Part shown: in pieces, positions 48,170-62,015 of the stretch
Position numbering within the stretch: the first letter of the stretch is position 1
Layout: the number at the start of each line of letters is the position of its first letter
Source: the human T2T-CHM13v2.0 reference genome, Homo sapiens
Assembly (NCBI RefSeq): GCF_009914755.1
Contig: NC_060925.1
Strand: one strand, 5' to 3'
DNA: 64,000 nt
The notes under the pieces: generated by a model
Database searches by the model: none
Told to the model about the DNA's origin: nothing
Seen by the model: the letters and a program-made list of their open reading frames with translations, nothing else
Translations under genes and position numbers: made by a program

Positions 48170-49680
48170 GGAAGGCTGAAATTTTATTGAGCACCGACTG
48201 TATTCCACACACTCTTCTAGGTGCCCGAAATATGCTGTTAAACAAATACTCAGCCCTCATGGGGCTGAGAGTCTGGTGGGGAAGACCTGTTGAAAAACAA
48301 TCATATTAAATGAATTGCATTGCATGTTAGAAGATCGTAAGTACTCTGGGGGAAAATGAGAGTAGAACAGGATAAGGGGGTGATGGAGGGAATGAGTGGT
48401 GATTTTAAATGTAGTTATCAGGCTGGGCACGATGGCTTACACCTGTAATCCCAGCATTTTGGAAGGCCAAGACGGGCAGGTCACTTGAAGTCAGGAGTTT
48501 GAGACCAGCCTGGCCAACATGGTGAAAACCTGTCTCTACTAAAAATACAAAAATTAGCTGGGCACAGTGGCTCATGCCTGTAATCCCAGCACTTCGGGAG
48601 GCTGAGACGGACAGATCACTTGAGGTCAGGAGATCGAGACCAGCCTGGTCAACATGGTAAAACACTGTCCCTACTAAAAATACAGAAATTAGCCAGCAAT
48701 ACAAAAATTGGCAGCTGTAGTCCCAACTACTTGGGAGGCTGAAGCACAAGAATCGCTTGAACCCAGGAGGTGGGAGGTTGCAGTGAGCTGAGATTGCGCC
48801 ACTGCACTCCAGCCTGGGCGACAAAGCGAGACTCTGTCTCAAAAAAAAAAAAAAAAAAAAAAAAATCCAAACAAAAAACATAGTTATCAGAGTGGGTCTC
48901 TTTGAGATAGTAGCAGTTGAGCAGCTTGAAGATAGCAGGGGAGTTAGTTCATGGGCTTCCAGGCAGAGGGAGCAGCCAGTGCCAGCACCAACGTGGGAGT
49001 GTGCCTGGAGACTCTAAGGAACAGAGTGTGCAGCAGGACTGGGGCACAGTGGTGGGGAGGCCAGAGGGGCTGCGGGTGTGGGCCGGGCAGGTGGAGGAGG
49101 CCTTGAGGGCTGTTGAGAGGACTGGGCTCTTGCTATTACTGTTAGCCATATGGGAGTCATTGCAATCCTTTGAGCTGAGGGGTAGCTCGTTCTGATTTTC
49201 ATTCTGAAAAGACCCGTCTGGCCACTGTGTTGAGAATAGATGTTCCTGGTAAACAGGGGTGGGCAGGGAGAACAGCTCCCCTGCACCAGCTCCCGCTGGG
49301 CTGCAGACAGGCTCTGATGTGGCTTGCAGCACGGTGGCAGCAGGGGGAGGTGGCACCGAGCAGCAGGACCCTGGATATTTTTTTGGACATAGAGCCAGGA
49401 GGATTTCCTCATGGTTCTGATGAGGGTTGAGAGAGAGAAGGGGAGTCCGGATCATCCCAAGGTTTCTGGCAGACAGATGATGTTTCACCAGCTAAGATGG
49501 AGCGGTCCTGGAAAGAGTGAAGATCAAGAGTTTCATTCTGGAAATGTGGGGGTTTTCGCTGTCTGTCAGAGAGTCGTGGAGCTGCTGGGAGGTGGTTAGT
49601 GTGGACTTCTGGAGAGAGGGCTGAAACTGTCCTTGAAAAAATGGATTTCTCAGTGTGATGTGTATACAGTGTCCCTTTTT
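48170..49680. mobile_element. L2 remnant, interrupted by Alu
   Basis: tttattgagcaccgactg...cagccctcatggggctgagagtctggtgggg...gtggacttctggagagaggggctg. Confidence 0.7.
48421..48880 (+). mobile_element. Three-arm Alu (left-left-right)
   Basis: Two successive left arms each ending actaaaaatac, then a right arm and poly-A; single TSD aaa(tg/ca)tagttatca. Confidence 0.9.
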
Positions 49681-49690
49681 CAGACATGGC

Positions 49691-50026
49691 ACCTTCGTCC
49701 ATTTGGGCTGCTATAACAAAATGCCATGGACTGGGAGGCTTAGAAACCACAGAAATTATTCCTCACAGTTCTGGATGCTGGGAAGCCCAAGATCAGAGTG
49801 CCAGCAATTTGGTGTCTGGTGAAGGCTCGCTTCCTGGTTCATAGGCGGCTGTCTTCTTGCTGTGTTGTCACGTGTAGAAGGGACAAAGGAGCTCTCTGAA
49901 GTCCCTTTGTAAAGGGCAGTAATCACCTCCCAAGGCCCCGCCTCCTAATGCCATTACATTTGGGGTTAAGATTTTAACATATGATTTTGGGGGGACTGAG
50001 GGACATAAACATTTAGTCTGTAACAC
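49691..50026 (-). mobile_element. MLT1A-like MaLR solo LTR
   Basis: gggctgctataacaaaatgccatggactggg...aaacatttagtctgtaaca. Confidence 0.85.
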
Positions 50027-50286
50027 AAAGGGAGGTTAATTTGGATTAAGAAATCTAAGGCCATATGGGGGAAATAAAAGGCTGGAGGGCTAAAGAAGGA
50101 TGAACCAATAAAAGTCTTATAAGCATTATTATGTTTACTAAAATAAAATAGACCAACACATTAAACAATGACATCAAAACATCAATGGACAACATATACT
50201 TTATATATCTTAACTTAGAAGTTATAGATGCTGTACTATGAGCCCCACTTAGGAGTTCTTGCTTAATAGAAAACATTGTAGGTTCT

Positions 50287-50558
<272 letters not shown>

Positions 50559-52700
50559 AAACATTGTAGGTTCTCACTTCTCTGCAGCTTTAGTTTTACC
50601 AAGTTGCTTTTACATTTACCTTGCTCTATTATAGGTAATAGATGTGAAGCTTCCGATTCCTGGCTCAGAGTTGGTGACTTCCATCTCCCGTGGAAGACGC
50701 CTCTGAGTCCACTCAGGATCTTGTGTGGTCACAAAGGTGTAGGAAACGTCTGGACACTTGAGGTGGAAGATGCTTTGGGGCATTCCCTTCCAGATTCACG
50801 GTGTCCTGCAGCCTTAGTTCTTTCCAGAAGCACGTCACACGTGTGGCATCCACCTCCCCTGCACAGGCTGGGCTCCTCCCTCCTTCCCTGGGGTTCCCCT
50901 GGGCTTCACATGCCCTCATCTTCCTTTATTTTTCTTGAGGCATTGTTGAAAAGCCTCTACTCCTTTGTGGGGCTGTTTTACCTCCTGGTAAAAAGGTTCC
51001 GGTCCTGAGCTCACGGTTTCTCTCATGTCCCCTGTGGGAGTAATTAGAGCTAACCTTCCTGGTGGTGCTGGAAACCTCTGTGGAAGCTGGTTCATGTATG
51101 CCTCAACTTTGCATAACAGGGAACATGATCCTAGAATATTCTTTAGGGTAGCATTTCCCAAATTTTCCAGGGAATAAGAATCTCCTGGGCTCCTTGCCTA
51201 AGCATCAAGCACTGATTTAGACTTAGCGACCCAGAACCTCCAGGAGAGGGGCCTGGGAATCTGGGTTGTGAGGCTACACCTGTTGGAGGGATCGGAGGGG
51301 CCCAGTATATGATACTCCCCTTTCCTGCCCAGCTTCTGAATGAATTGAGACGAAAACAATGACTAGGACAAATGAGAGGTCAAAATGTCCTCATAGAGGC
51401 TTGGCTGGAGGATGCTGCGTTAAGTCAGCTAGCCCAGTAGGCCTGCTAATTGAATTCCTGGAATGAGGCTGATGTACCGCAGAGGCCTCCCTGGGAGCAG
51501 GGCCGCTGGAGCAGCAACAGAACCTTGCAGCCTGCAGAAGCTCACAACCAAAACAGAGAACAGGGCTGAGCTGTGCTGAGCAGAGCTCTGGGATTCTCTT
51601 AAATCTATCAGTCGAAATTATTTCTCCTGAGGCACATAGGAAGTAGAGAGGGCTGAGAGAGGCCGGGAGTGTGTAGGGGCGTGGAGGCTGCAGGGTGGAG
51701 GAGAGTCCCTCCTCCTGGCAATCAGGAATGGGAAAAAGCATCTCCTTTACACACCCCAGGTGATTTGCATGATCAGGAAAGTCTGGGAAGTGGGTCTTAG
51801 GAAGCCTGCAATGTTGTCTCTTGTCTGTGCTTTCCACCAGCGTTCCAGTTTTGCACTTGTGGTATTTCTGAGCAAGCTCAGCTTCTGTGTTTTGGGGTAC
51901 TGGCTCCTAAGAGCAGCTGGGTGTGTGATTAGACAAGGAACTGCTTCACTAGTTTATTTTCATTGTGAGCACACTTCAATATCACTCTTTACATGAACAT
52001 GAGCAAATGGGTTTAATTTTGAAGTCAGGGCTTGGGATTCTTGCCTTTGTGTCTATGTATATGTGTGTTCAACAGAATAACCAGTGTGAAACCTAACCTA
52101 GCCGAACATAACCGGAATAACCAGGGTAAAACCTAACCATCTGTGTATATATTCACAAATACATACATAAATGTGTATATATAAAATACATATATACATA
52201 TACATATGTAAAATACATATATGTATATATAAAATATATGTATTTTATTTTGAAATAATTACAGTCATAGGTTGCAAAGAAAAATGTACAGGGAAGTCCC
52301 ATGAATGCTTCCAGTTTATATTTTTTGAAATTGAGAAATATAATCTTAGAAGATGGTAAAGCTGGTTTTTTTTTTTAAGTTGGCAAAGAATATGCAGTTA
52401 AATTCAGGCATGGAGAGAAAATTGCTTTGAAAGGAAGATTTTTTGCATTGACTTTTGTGTGTGACATTAGCTGTCTATTTTGGAAAATCTAAGAGCAATA
52501 TCTGATTATCTATGCTTTCCGTCCCTAAAACCACCAACACATAGAGGCTACTGAATCTCCCGAAGGGCCTCGGTGATGGGCCTGGGCAGGAGGAGGCCCC
52601 TGCAGCCTGTGGGTGGTGCATGGGCAGCATCTCCTCTCTGCAGTGTCCTGCAGCAGCAGTGCAATGTGATTGATTTCAGAAATTTAAAAAATATTTGCTG

Positions 52701-52765
52701 GCACTGCACTCCAGCCTGGGCGACAGAGCGAGACTCCGTCTCAAAAAAAAAAAAATAATAATAAT
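52701..52765 (+). mobile_element. Alu 3'-terminal fragment
   Basis: cactgcactccagcctgggcgacagagcgagactccgtctc plus A-tail. Confidence 0.9.
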
Positions 52766-53165
52766 TTCCTGGGATAGGTAGGGGAAACGGAAATTTACAT
52801 GATTGCCAACCTGACTACTGATATTTTCCAAGGAAGATTACCTCTGTGAGGGCCTTTTTGCTTTAAATGTCACCTTCATGGTGTTCAGCAATGTTCACTG
52901 AGCGTATGACCTGGCTTTGTGCACCGAGAAAACTGCCCAAAATAACAGGTGCCACAGCTTGGTCACAAGACAGACACAGGGCCAGTAAGGTGCTGTCAGT
53001 TGTGCCCCCTATGCTAAGCTGTGAAATTCTAATCCCCCGGCCCCACTTTCTAACCGTGGAAATGTTGGGTTGTGCCATATCCTGGTATGAATTTTCTTTG
53101 TGGAATGATAGGCCCATAGAGTTAAGTTTTCTCTACTGCTGACTTTTACTCACTTAATTTTTACT

Positions 53166-53660
53166 CAAGTTCTTAAACTTGAGTGTGCATCTGAATCCCC
53201 TGGAAAGCTTGTTAAAACGCAGATTGCTGGGCTCTGGCCCCAGAGTTTCTGATTAGGTGGGTCTGAGGTGGGGCCTGAAAATGGGCATTTTTTTTTCTTT
53301 TTTTAAAAGTTTTAGGGTACATGTGCACAATGTGCAGGTTAGTTACATATGTATACATGTGTCATGCTGGTGTGCTGCACCCATTAACTCGTCATTTAGC
53401 ATTAGGTATATCTCCTAATGCTATCCCTCCCCCCTCCCCCCATCCCACAACAGTCCCCGAAGTGTGATGTTCCCCTTCCTGTGTCCATGTGTTCTCATTG
53501 TTCAATTCCCACCTATGAGTGAGAACATGCGGTGTATGGTTTTTTGTCCTTTCGATAGTTTGCTGAGAATGATGGTTTCCAGTTTCATCCACGTCCCTAA
53601 GTTCCCAAGGGATGCTGATGCCTCTGGTTTGGAGTCTGCACTTTGAGAACTCTCGCTCTA
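53166..53660. mobile_element. MER5A (hAT-Charlie) split by an L1PA fragment
   Basis: cttgttaaaacgcagattgctgggc...gggcattt | aagttcccaagggatgctgatgc...cactttgagaac. Confidence 0.8.
53288..53597 (-). mobile_element. 5'-truncated L1PA (PA3/PA4-like) 3' end, ~310 bp
   Basis: Antisense L1 3'UTR; older GAG state (aactcgtcatttagc) at the Ta diagnostic site. Confidence 0.9.
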
Positions 53661-53859
53661 GGCAAAGCTGGCAAATTTGTCTCAGGTAGGGGCACACCTG
53701 CTATCTTCCAGGTAGGCACTGTTCCTCTACTCTTCTGCGTCATCTCAGCTTCATTTCTCCCTCGGGGTACCAATGCTCTGAAACCTCCTGCTGTGGACTG
53801 AAACATTCTCTTTGGTTAATTCAAACTGAAATATTCTATTTGGCATCAACTAACATTTG

Positions 53860-54070
53860 CATATTTCTGGGGGACCAGCCACTTTGCTGCAAGGTGCTTG
53901 TATTTGTTATTTAATCTCTACCACAACCCTGCGAGGTCAATTGTGAAGTCCCCCTTTAATGAGACTCAAGAATTCAATGACATTTTCAAGGTCAAGCACG
54001 ATGCCAGGTCTCAGGCTTGGAGCCTCTGGTACTGGGCCACTGGTCTTCCTTCTCTCTAGCTTCAACATCC
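53860..54070. mobile_element. MIR
   Basis: atttaatctctaccacaaccctgcgagg...aaggtcaag. Confidence 0.6.
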
Positions 54071-54363
54071 TTCTGAAGAGCAATTGGGTCCTTTGTGAGG
54101 ATGCTTCGAGGTTGGACCAAGTAAATGAATATCTGTTTGGTAACATTGTTGACACTGCTGTATCGAGCTGCTCTAAGAAAGGGAAACATTTTTGGTTCAG
54201 AGGACATTCACAGCACTGTGCTTGTTGGAGTATTTGTACCATTGCCTCTTCCAACAGTTACATTTTGCTCTTCTTTCCCTCAAGAGTAGAAGAGGGTGGA
54301 GAAGAGGAAATGATTATAATTCATTCCTTTCCCCTCCCTGCCAATTTCTCACAATACCCTTAT

Positions 54364-54663
<300 letters not shown>

Positions 54664-55132
54664 TCAGGATAGTAAATGGAAATGGCAAAAGAAAATATCC
54701 AGTGGAAATCTTTGCCATCTTTGGGATTCTCTTTAGTTTTTGCTCATTTTTGCCTATCCTGCAAGGGTAACAGAAAGCTCTGAGATTTGGAGGTCAGACA
54801 AACCTGTCTGGCTCCTGCCCTGATTCTGCTCCTTGAGGGTTCTAGTGCAGGGAGGACCTCTGGCAAGTTGGAGGATTGTACCTCTCTGAGCTAGAGAACT
54901 GGCAGAAGGACAAAATGTAATTTACTCCACTGTAAGCCCTTGGAAAGCAGGTACCTTGTCTGTTTGGCACCCCAGTGGCAGCCCATGCCCAGCAGCTGTC
55001 ATTGGTTGGGGGTGGGTGGTGGGTGAGTGCACCCTAGTGGGTAGTTGGAGGATTAAATGAGATAGTATGCAAATAGAGGAGAGTAGGTAAGTTCCCCCTC
55101 CATCACTGGATGTTTTTGCTACTTCCCCTACT

Positions 55133-55431
55133 CTTTTGTTTGTTTGTTTGAGATGGAGTTTTGCTTTTGTTGTCCAGGCTAGGTGCAATGGTGCAATCTC
55201 AACACACTGTGACCTCCGCTTCCCGGGTTCAAGCGATTCTCCTGCCTCAGCCTCCTGAGTAGCTGGGATTACAAGCGTCCACCACCACGCCTGGCTAATT
55301 TTTTGTATTTTAGTAGAGATGGGGTTTCACCATGTTGGTCAGGCTGGTCTCGAACTCCTGACCTCAGGTGATCCGCCCGCCTCGGCCTCCCAGAGTGCTG
55401 GGATTACAGGCGTGAGCCACCGTGCCCGGCC
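55133..55431 (-). mobile_element. AluS (Sp/Sq-like)
   Basis: (TTTG)n tail; full body. Confidence 0.92.
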
Positions 55432-56189
55432 CCCTCCTCTCTTTTTATCTCTCTGCTCTTTAGTTAGCTGGCCTCATGATTCCCATTTTTATTTTGTTTA
55501 CCTTTTATGTTAAAGAAATTTTTGCCCAGGCTACCCTTTAGGCAGGGAGGAGAACTTCCCCCTACCTCTTCTTTCTAAGCTACAACATCAAAAAAAAAAA
55601 AAAAAATTAGCTAATGGCTCTCCCCTTCCAGGCAAATTTCTAGGATTAAACGACTTGATGCTTTTTTGCTCTGATCCAGGCCCACCTTTCCAGCCCACAT
55701 ATAGTAATAATTATGGTTTTATGTTTTTAGGGCTCCACTTTTGTTTGATTTATCTCCCCATGAGGATGTAAGCCTCTTAGGAACGGGGATCATGATTCTT
55801 CCTGACTTTTAAAATAACAACTGTTTCTGGCTCCTATTTGGTTTATGCTCCATCATGTAATTTGCTGTCATTCTTGTATTCAGCTGATTTATCCTTAATC
55901 CTGTATCTCGGTTGTTTGCTTTTTTATCCCTAAGTGCCCTACCTTGCAGAGCCCTGGCGTCATATAACTATTTATTAAATAAGCTTCACGGAACCTCAAC
56001 GGGGACTCTGTTCACATGTACCAGCAGTGTGCTCCTTCTCCTTTCTGCATCCAAGACATGATCCTCAGTAGGAATTGAGAACAAAACCCAGCTCTTTAGC
56101 CAAAAATGGTTTCTGAGGTTCGGTTTTCATAAATTCAGAAAGGGGGCTTTTTTCCCCTCCATCTGGCCATAGGATATTGTTGGCCTCTC

Positions 56190-56519
56190 TTTTATTTATT
56201 TTATTTTATTTTTATTTTTATTTTTATTTTTTGAGATGGAATCTCACTCTGTCGCCCAGACTGGGGTGCAGTGGCATGATCTCGGCTCACTGTAACCTCT
56301 GCCTCCTGGGTTCAAGCAATTCTCCTGCCTCAGCCCCCTGAGTAGCTGGGATTACAGGTGTGCGCCACCATGCTTGGCTAATTTTTTTGTATTTTTAGTA
56401 GAGATGAGTTTTCACCATGTTGACCAGGCTGGTCTCGAACTCCTGACCTCAGATGATCCACCTGCCTCAGCCTCCAAAGTACTGAGATTACAGCCATGAG
56501 CCATCGTGTCCAGCCGGCC
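56190..56519 (-). mobile_element. AluS with (TTTTA)n tail
   Basis: TSD tctctttta on both sides. Confidence 0.92.
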
Positions 56520-57699
56520 TCTCTTTTAGAAGACTCTGTCCCATTGTCCTTTAAGGGCATGTCACTTCCCTGGAGGTCAAAATCATGTCATACTAGTTTT
56601 TGCAATCCACAGCTCCTTGCACAATTCCTGGCCCAGGGAGTGGGTACATCATCAATGTGTGAGGAACAGACTGCCATGAAATAGTGTAAAAAATCCACAT
56701 AGTACACTTGTGAGAAAAGAGATAAGAACCAGAATTTTACAAGCAAAGGGATAGAGAGCTACAAGGTGGAATTCAGCAGGCTCACACCTATTGGGTGTTA
56801 GAGAGATGAACTTAGATCACATTTATTTAAACATCTCTGAGTGCAGTATTTTTAAAGATCACACAAGAATAAAACTGTAGCACTGAACTTTTCTTTAAGT
56901 GTTGAAGTGAAGGAAATGAAGAACTCAGCACGGACCCTGCTTAGACTCCGGCAGAACAGGTGGTCTTGACATGACGTCGCTCCAACATGCACGCAACTTG
57001 CCTTTTATTCTCTCAGCTCTTTGTGCCACTAGTACATGGTCACCTGGGCATTTCTTTAGAAAGGGTGCAGAGACTTTCATTTCGTGAAAATATAGATGTC
57101 CCAGGGAAAAATAATAATCCAACTGGTATAAGTTTATATCAAACCATATGGAAGTGATTTTTTCTGGTTAGTCATTTTCACGGGGATTAGAGAGTAGGGA
57201 AAAGTCAAAGAACCAGGGATTCCCAAGGACACACTTGGCCTGGTCAATATTACTAGGATTGGCCCAGATGCCACCAAATCCTTTTTTCTTCCTACTTATT
57301 GAAAACCCTGTTAAATTTGATATGTGTAATATCTTTTCTCTAAAATTTTAGCCTTGCAAATAAAATTTTGCATAACATTTTTATTGACAAGACATTGTGT
57401 CACATTAAGGCTTTTGAAGGTGATGAAATGGACATGACATCTTCACCTTAGCAAGTAACACTGAATTAAAGAAGTTTGTATTTCAGAGTGGAAGAGTACA
57501 GTATAAAATATTTGAATTCAGACACTTTAGAGCTTGGACCCTGTCAGAAGCTTGGAAATACTTCGATTTTAAAGCTGCTACTCTTCCATTTACCTCACTC
57601 CAGGAAATCCTTTTAGAAATCATACTCTTGAGGGAAGAAGACCTAGGGGATAGAGCATGACTCCACTGAGAAATTTAATTTAGGAAAATAATGGGGGAA

Positions 57700-57945
57700 G
57701 GGGCTGTAGCCTAGAGGCTAAAAACCCATGCTCTGGAGCTAGACTGCCTGGCTTCACATCCCAGCCCTACCACCTTTTAACTAGTGTACTGACCTTGGGC
57801 AAGTTACTCAACCTCTCTGATCCTGCTGCTTAATCTGTACAATGGGATGTGTGGTAGTATTGGCTTTGTAGGGTTATTTGGAGCATTACTTGAGTCAATA
57901 CCAGTGAAGGCACATCTTTAGCAGAATGTGATGACTGAACATGCA
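57700..57945. mobile_element. MIR
   Basis: ctctggagctagactgcctgg...gaccttgggcaagttactcaacctctctga. Confidence 0.8.
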
Positions 57946-58175
57946 CTCAACTGGGGACTCGTTTGTTGTAAAGATTATCCAGGAAATTGGGAGGAGCAAG
58001 GTAGTCATCACCAAGTATAGGACTTGAGGGAGGTTTCCAGACCTTTGAGGTCCAAATTGCAAGGAGGAGGGGAAGGAAGGATGGCCAGGCAATAGTTGGG
58101 AGGGAAGTGAAGTGAAGACCCCAGGCTATCTGTCGGTACCATTGCTGGCTGCTGGGAGGGGCAGTGTCTGGACTC

Positions 58176-58260
58176 TGGAGACCACGCCTCCAGAGACCAC
58201 ACCCTCCAAGAGGCCACACCCTTCTAGAGGCCACGCCTTCCTGGAAACCACACCCCCCCC
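58176..58260. repeat. Five-copy 16-17 bp tandem array of CCAC(A/G)CC motifs
   Basis: tggagaccacgcctcc / agagaccacaccctcc / aagaggccacacccttc / tagaggccacgccttcc / tggaaaccacacccccc. Confidence 0.85.
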
Positions 58261-59452
58261 TTGCTCTGGGCCAGTTGGCAGCCCCTGCTCTTGGGGCTGG
58301 ACCACTCCTTCCCAGAGACCATCCATTGTACAAGAAGCACGGTCTTTGATAGGCTTGGAGGAAAATCCCTCTTCCCTCTCCGGATCCATAAGGACTGCAG
58401 AGAGCAGCCCTCACACAGCAAGGCTAATTCCTGGAAACCCTTAAGAACCCCAGATCAGCTTGATTCCAACACAAAGGAGTAATCAAGGTGGTTGCAAAGG
58501 AAACAATGGCAAGTGTTTTGTGAAGCATTTTTTTAAGAGAGTGTGATGGAAAATTTTCTTTTTGAGGAAGAACATGTTCTCCTTGTTGGAAATGAAGTTG
58601 ATTTTAGTTATAATTACTACCAAAGACAAAGGTTCATTTTCACACAGACAATGTGATGAAGCCCCAAACAGTGGAAGTCAGCTCTGATTTCAAAATAGAC
58701 GCGTGAAGGTATCCGTGCCTCTGGGTGAGAACAAACTTGTAGGCCTTAGTTCTTCTGTAGGTGTGAAATGTTCTCCTCAAAAACTGCAACGTTCACTTAA
58801 TGAAGTTTGAAACTTTGCTGCAAAGTTTTAAAAATCTTTTAAATAATTTACTCTCTCTAGGAAGATTGAAAATGATAGTGATGTTAACAAATTGCCCTAT
58901 TTGGTCTTAGTGGATTGTTTAATTCCTTACTCTGAACAATACATTTCTTGTGTTTTCTTATCAAATGGCTGAAATATGAAAGAATGTGTGGACCCATAAG
59001 GAAAAAGGAGAAAACTATGAGAAGAATTAATAGGGTTGAAAGATGATTTCAGGTGATTTTCAAGGCTGAAATTATGATATTAGAATCTGAATATCTTTTA
59101 TTTAAGAATTGTAATTCTTTCTGAGTGGCTTTGCAAGCCTTCTTTGTGGATCCTTGTGAATCCCTGCAGGGAGGGGAGAGCAGGTGCCATCTTGTCCTTG
59201 TTTTGCAGAAGGGGAAGGGGAACCAGGCTGAACGACTTGCCCAACCACTTACCTACCTTGCATGGACTGTTGCTATCCAAGGGGAGCCGAGACAGCTGGG
59301 AGATTTGTTCCTGTCCTTTCTTCATTTAAGGATTTACTCTGTGCCAGAAACTGTGGTCAGGCATTGGAGAGTCACAGCTGGCTAAGACACCTTGCCTGCC
59401 TTCCAGGATGTTCTCGTCTCATGCAGGAGGCAGACATAATAGGAGGTACTCT

Positions 59453-60030
59453 TATATTAGTCAGGGTTCTCCAGAGAATCAGAAGCAATTGAAACAGAAG
59501 CAATTATATCTATTTGCTTACACACACACAAATATATATATTTATACACATGTACACACATATATACATACACATACACATATATAATTTACTATTTACT
59601 ATATTTATTTATTATGAGAAATGGGCTCACATGATTATGGAGGATCTGCCATCTGCAAGCTGGAGACCCAGGAAGGCTGGTGATATATATAATAATTCAG
59701 TTGGAGTCTGAAGAGAAGCTGAGAACCAGGGGAGCTGATAGTGTAAATCCCAGTCCAGGGGCTAGAGAAGATGAAGTGAGATGTCGTAGCTCAAGCAGTG
59801 AGGCAGAGAACACAAGGGGGCAGATTCCTTCCTCTGCATTTTGTTCTATTCAGGCCCTGAATGGATTGGCTGATGCCCACCCACATTAGGTAGGGCAGTC
59901 TCCTTTACTGAGTTCACCAATTCACATGCTAATCTAATCTGGAAACACCCATACAGACACACCCAGAAATCGTGTTTAATCTGGGCATCCTGTGGTCCAG
60001 TCAAGTTGACATGTAAAGTTAACCATCACA
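59453..60030 (-). mobile_element. MLT2 (ERVL) solo LTR with internal TA/CA microsatellite
   Basis: attagtcagggttctccagaga...gcaagctggagacccagg...gtcaagttgacatgtaaagttaaccatcaca. Confidence 0.88.
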
Positions 60031-60591
60031 CTGACAGTAGAGGTGTGAGCTAATGGTCTGAGCTCATGGACCAGGAAGCAATAACCTTGGTGTGTGTGGG
60101 TTGAGAAAGGCCTGTGTCATGGAAGGCTGTGTCTTTGAGGGCAAGTAGAAGCTTCTTAAATAAAAAAGATGATGGAGAAGGAAGACAGGATAGCAAATGC
60201 AAAAGTAGAGAAACTTACTTGAAAATTTTAGACAACAGTGAGAAGTACAGTAGAAGATGAGGTATTGTTTGGGCAGGATGGGGGACATGGTGGGAGTGGG
60301 GGATAAGGCCCAGGTCACGAAAGACCTTCTCCATTACGCTAAGAGATTCTGACCCATTTCTCTAGGTGGGGAGGTCAGTGGAGGTTTATAAACAGAGGAA
60401 AATGTCATGTTGTATACCATATAAATATGGTCGTAATTTGGAGGATGGACAAGTTAGGTAAAGGGACTCATTTTTTTTCTCTTTGATTGTCTGCCTCAAT
60501 TGGGTATTTCTGGATTCCTGAAATGAGGCTTCATGCCCTGGACTGAGATACTGGCCATCATTAGGAGGAGTTAGAGTCCATGATTGATTGA

Positions 60592-61054
<463 letters not shown>

Positions 61055-61595
61055 TGATTGTTTCAATCAATTTTCAATTTTCAAACTTTGTGGTTTTGCA
61101 ACATGTACACAAATACCTGCAAATATCCTTTCTCCCATTTCAAAAGAAATTGAAGGGATATATACATACATAGGTACATTTTAAATTGAAATTGATTGAA
61201 ATTTATTACCTCTTTGAGAATTTTTTTTTGGAGAATTGGAGTTTTTCAGGTACATCTGAAACTTGAGGTACACCATAAAAAATGATAGTTCTTCCCACTC
61301 ACCTTACAGAAAGTCCTTTTCTGTATCCCATGTGACAACTGTAGTCATTATGGCAGCCACAGACGTTTGCTAGATAAAGTAAAGCAACTGCCGTTTTCAT
61401 CATGCAGTAACCTGCCACAACTCCATACTAGATTCTGTGCTTGGTACTGGGGAAACACAAGTAAAATTTTTCATGGTTACTACCTTCAAGGGTAGGCTCA
61501 GTAGCTATTCAGAAATAGTCTATAGTCAAGTGCACAGAGACAACGGTAGAATGGTGGTCACCAGGAGCTGCTGGGAGGGAAAATAGGGAGTTATT

Positions 61596-61775
61596 GTTTG
61601 TTTGTTTTTGTTTGTTTGTTTGTTCTTTTTTGAGATGGAGTTTTGCTCTTGTCACCCAGGCTGGAGTGCAGTGGCATGATTTGGCTCACTGCAACCTCCG
61701 CCTCCCGGATTCAAGCGATTCTCCTGCCTCAGCCTCCCGAGTAGCTGGGACTACAGGCATGGACCACCACGCCTG
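61596..61775 (-). mobile_element. Alu right arm (5'-truncated) next to an L1M fragment (~61525-61595)
   Basis: (TTTG)n tail plus right-arm text ending ccaccacgcctg. Confidence 0.85.
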
Positions 61776-62015
61776 TAGTGATACCATGTTTAGTTACATC
61801 TTTTATAAAGATTTTCCTATTCTCCTTATTAACAATATTTTAACAATATTATTCTAATAGTTATGGTTCAATATTTAAAGAAACCGGAACTACTTAGTCT
61901 TTTTTTTTTAAAAGACCTAATTCACGTGAAAAAGGAAAAACCCCTTGTGCAAAAAAAATGAATTTTAGAATGAAACCATTCTGACTGGGTGAAGAAGTCT
62001 ATTTCTAATGTGGGG

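Noticed and set aside
58176-58260. CRISPR-like or other spacer array
   Set aside because: Contiguous degenerate units without unique spacers, in a human genome
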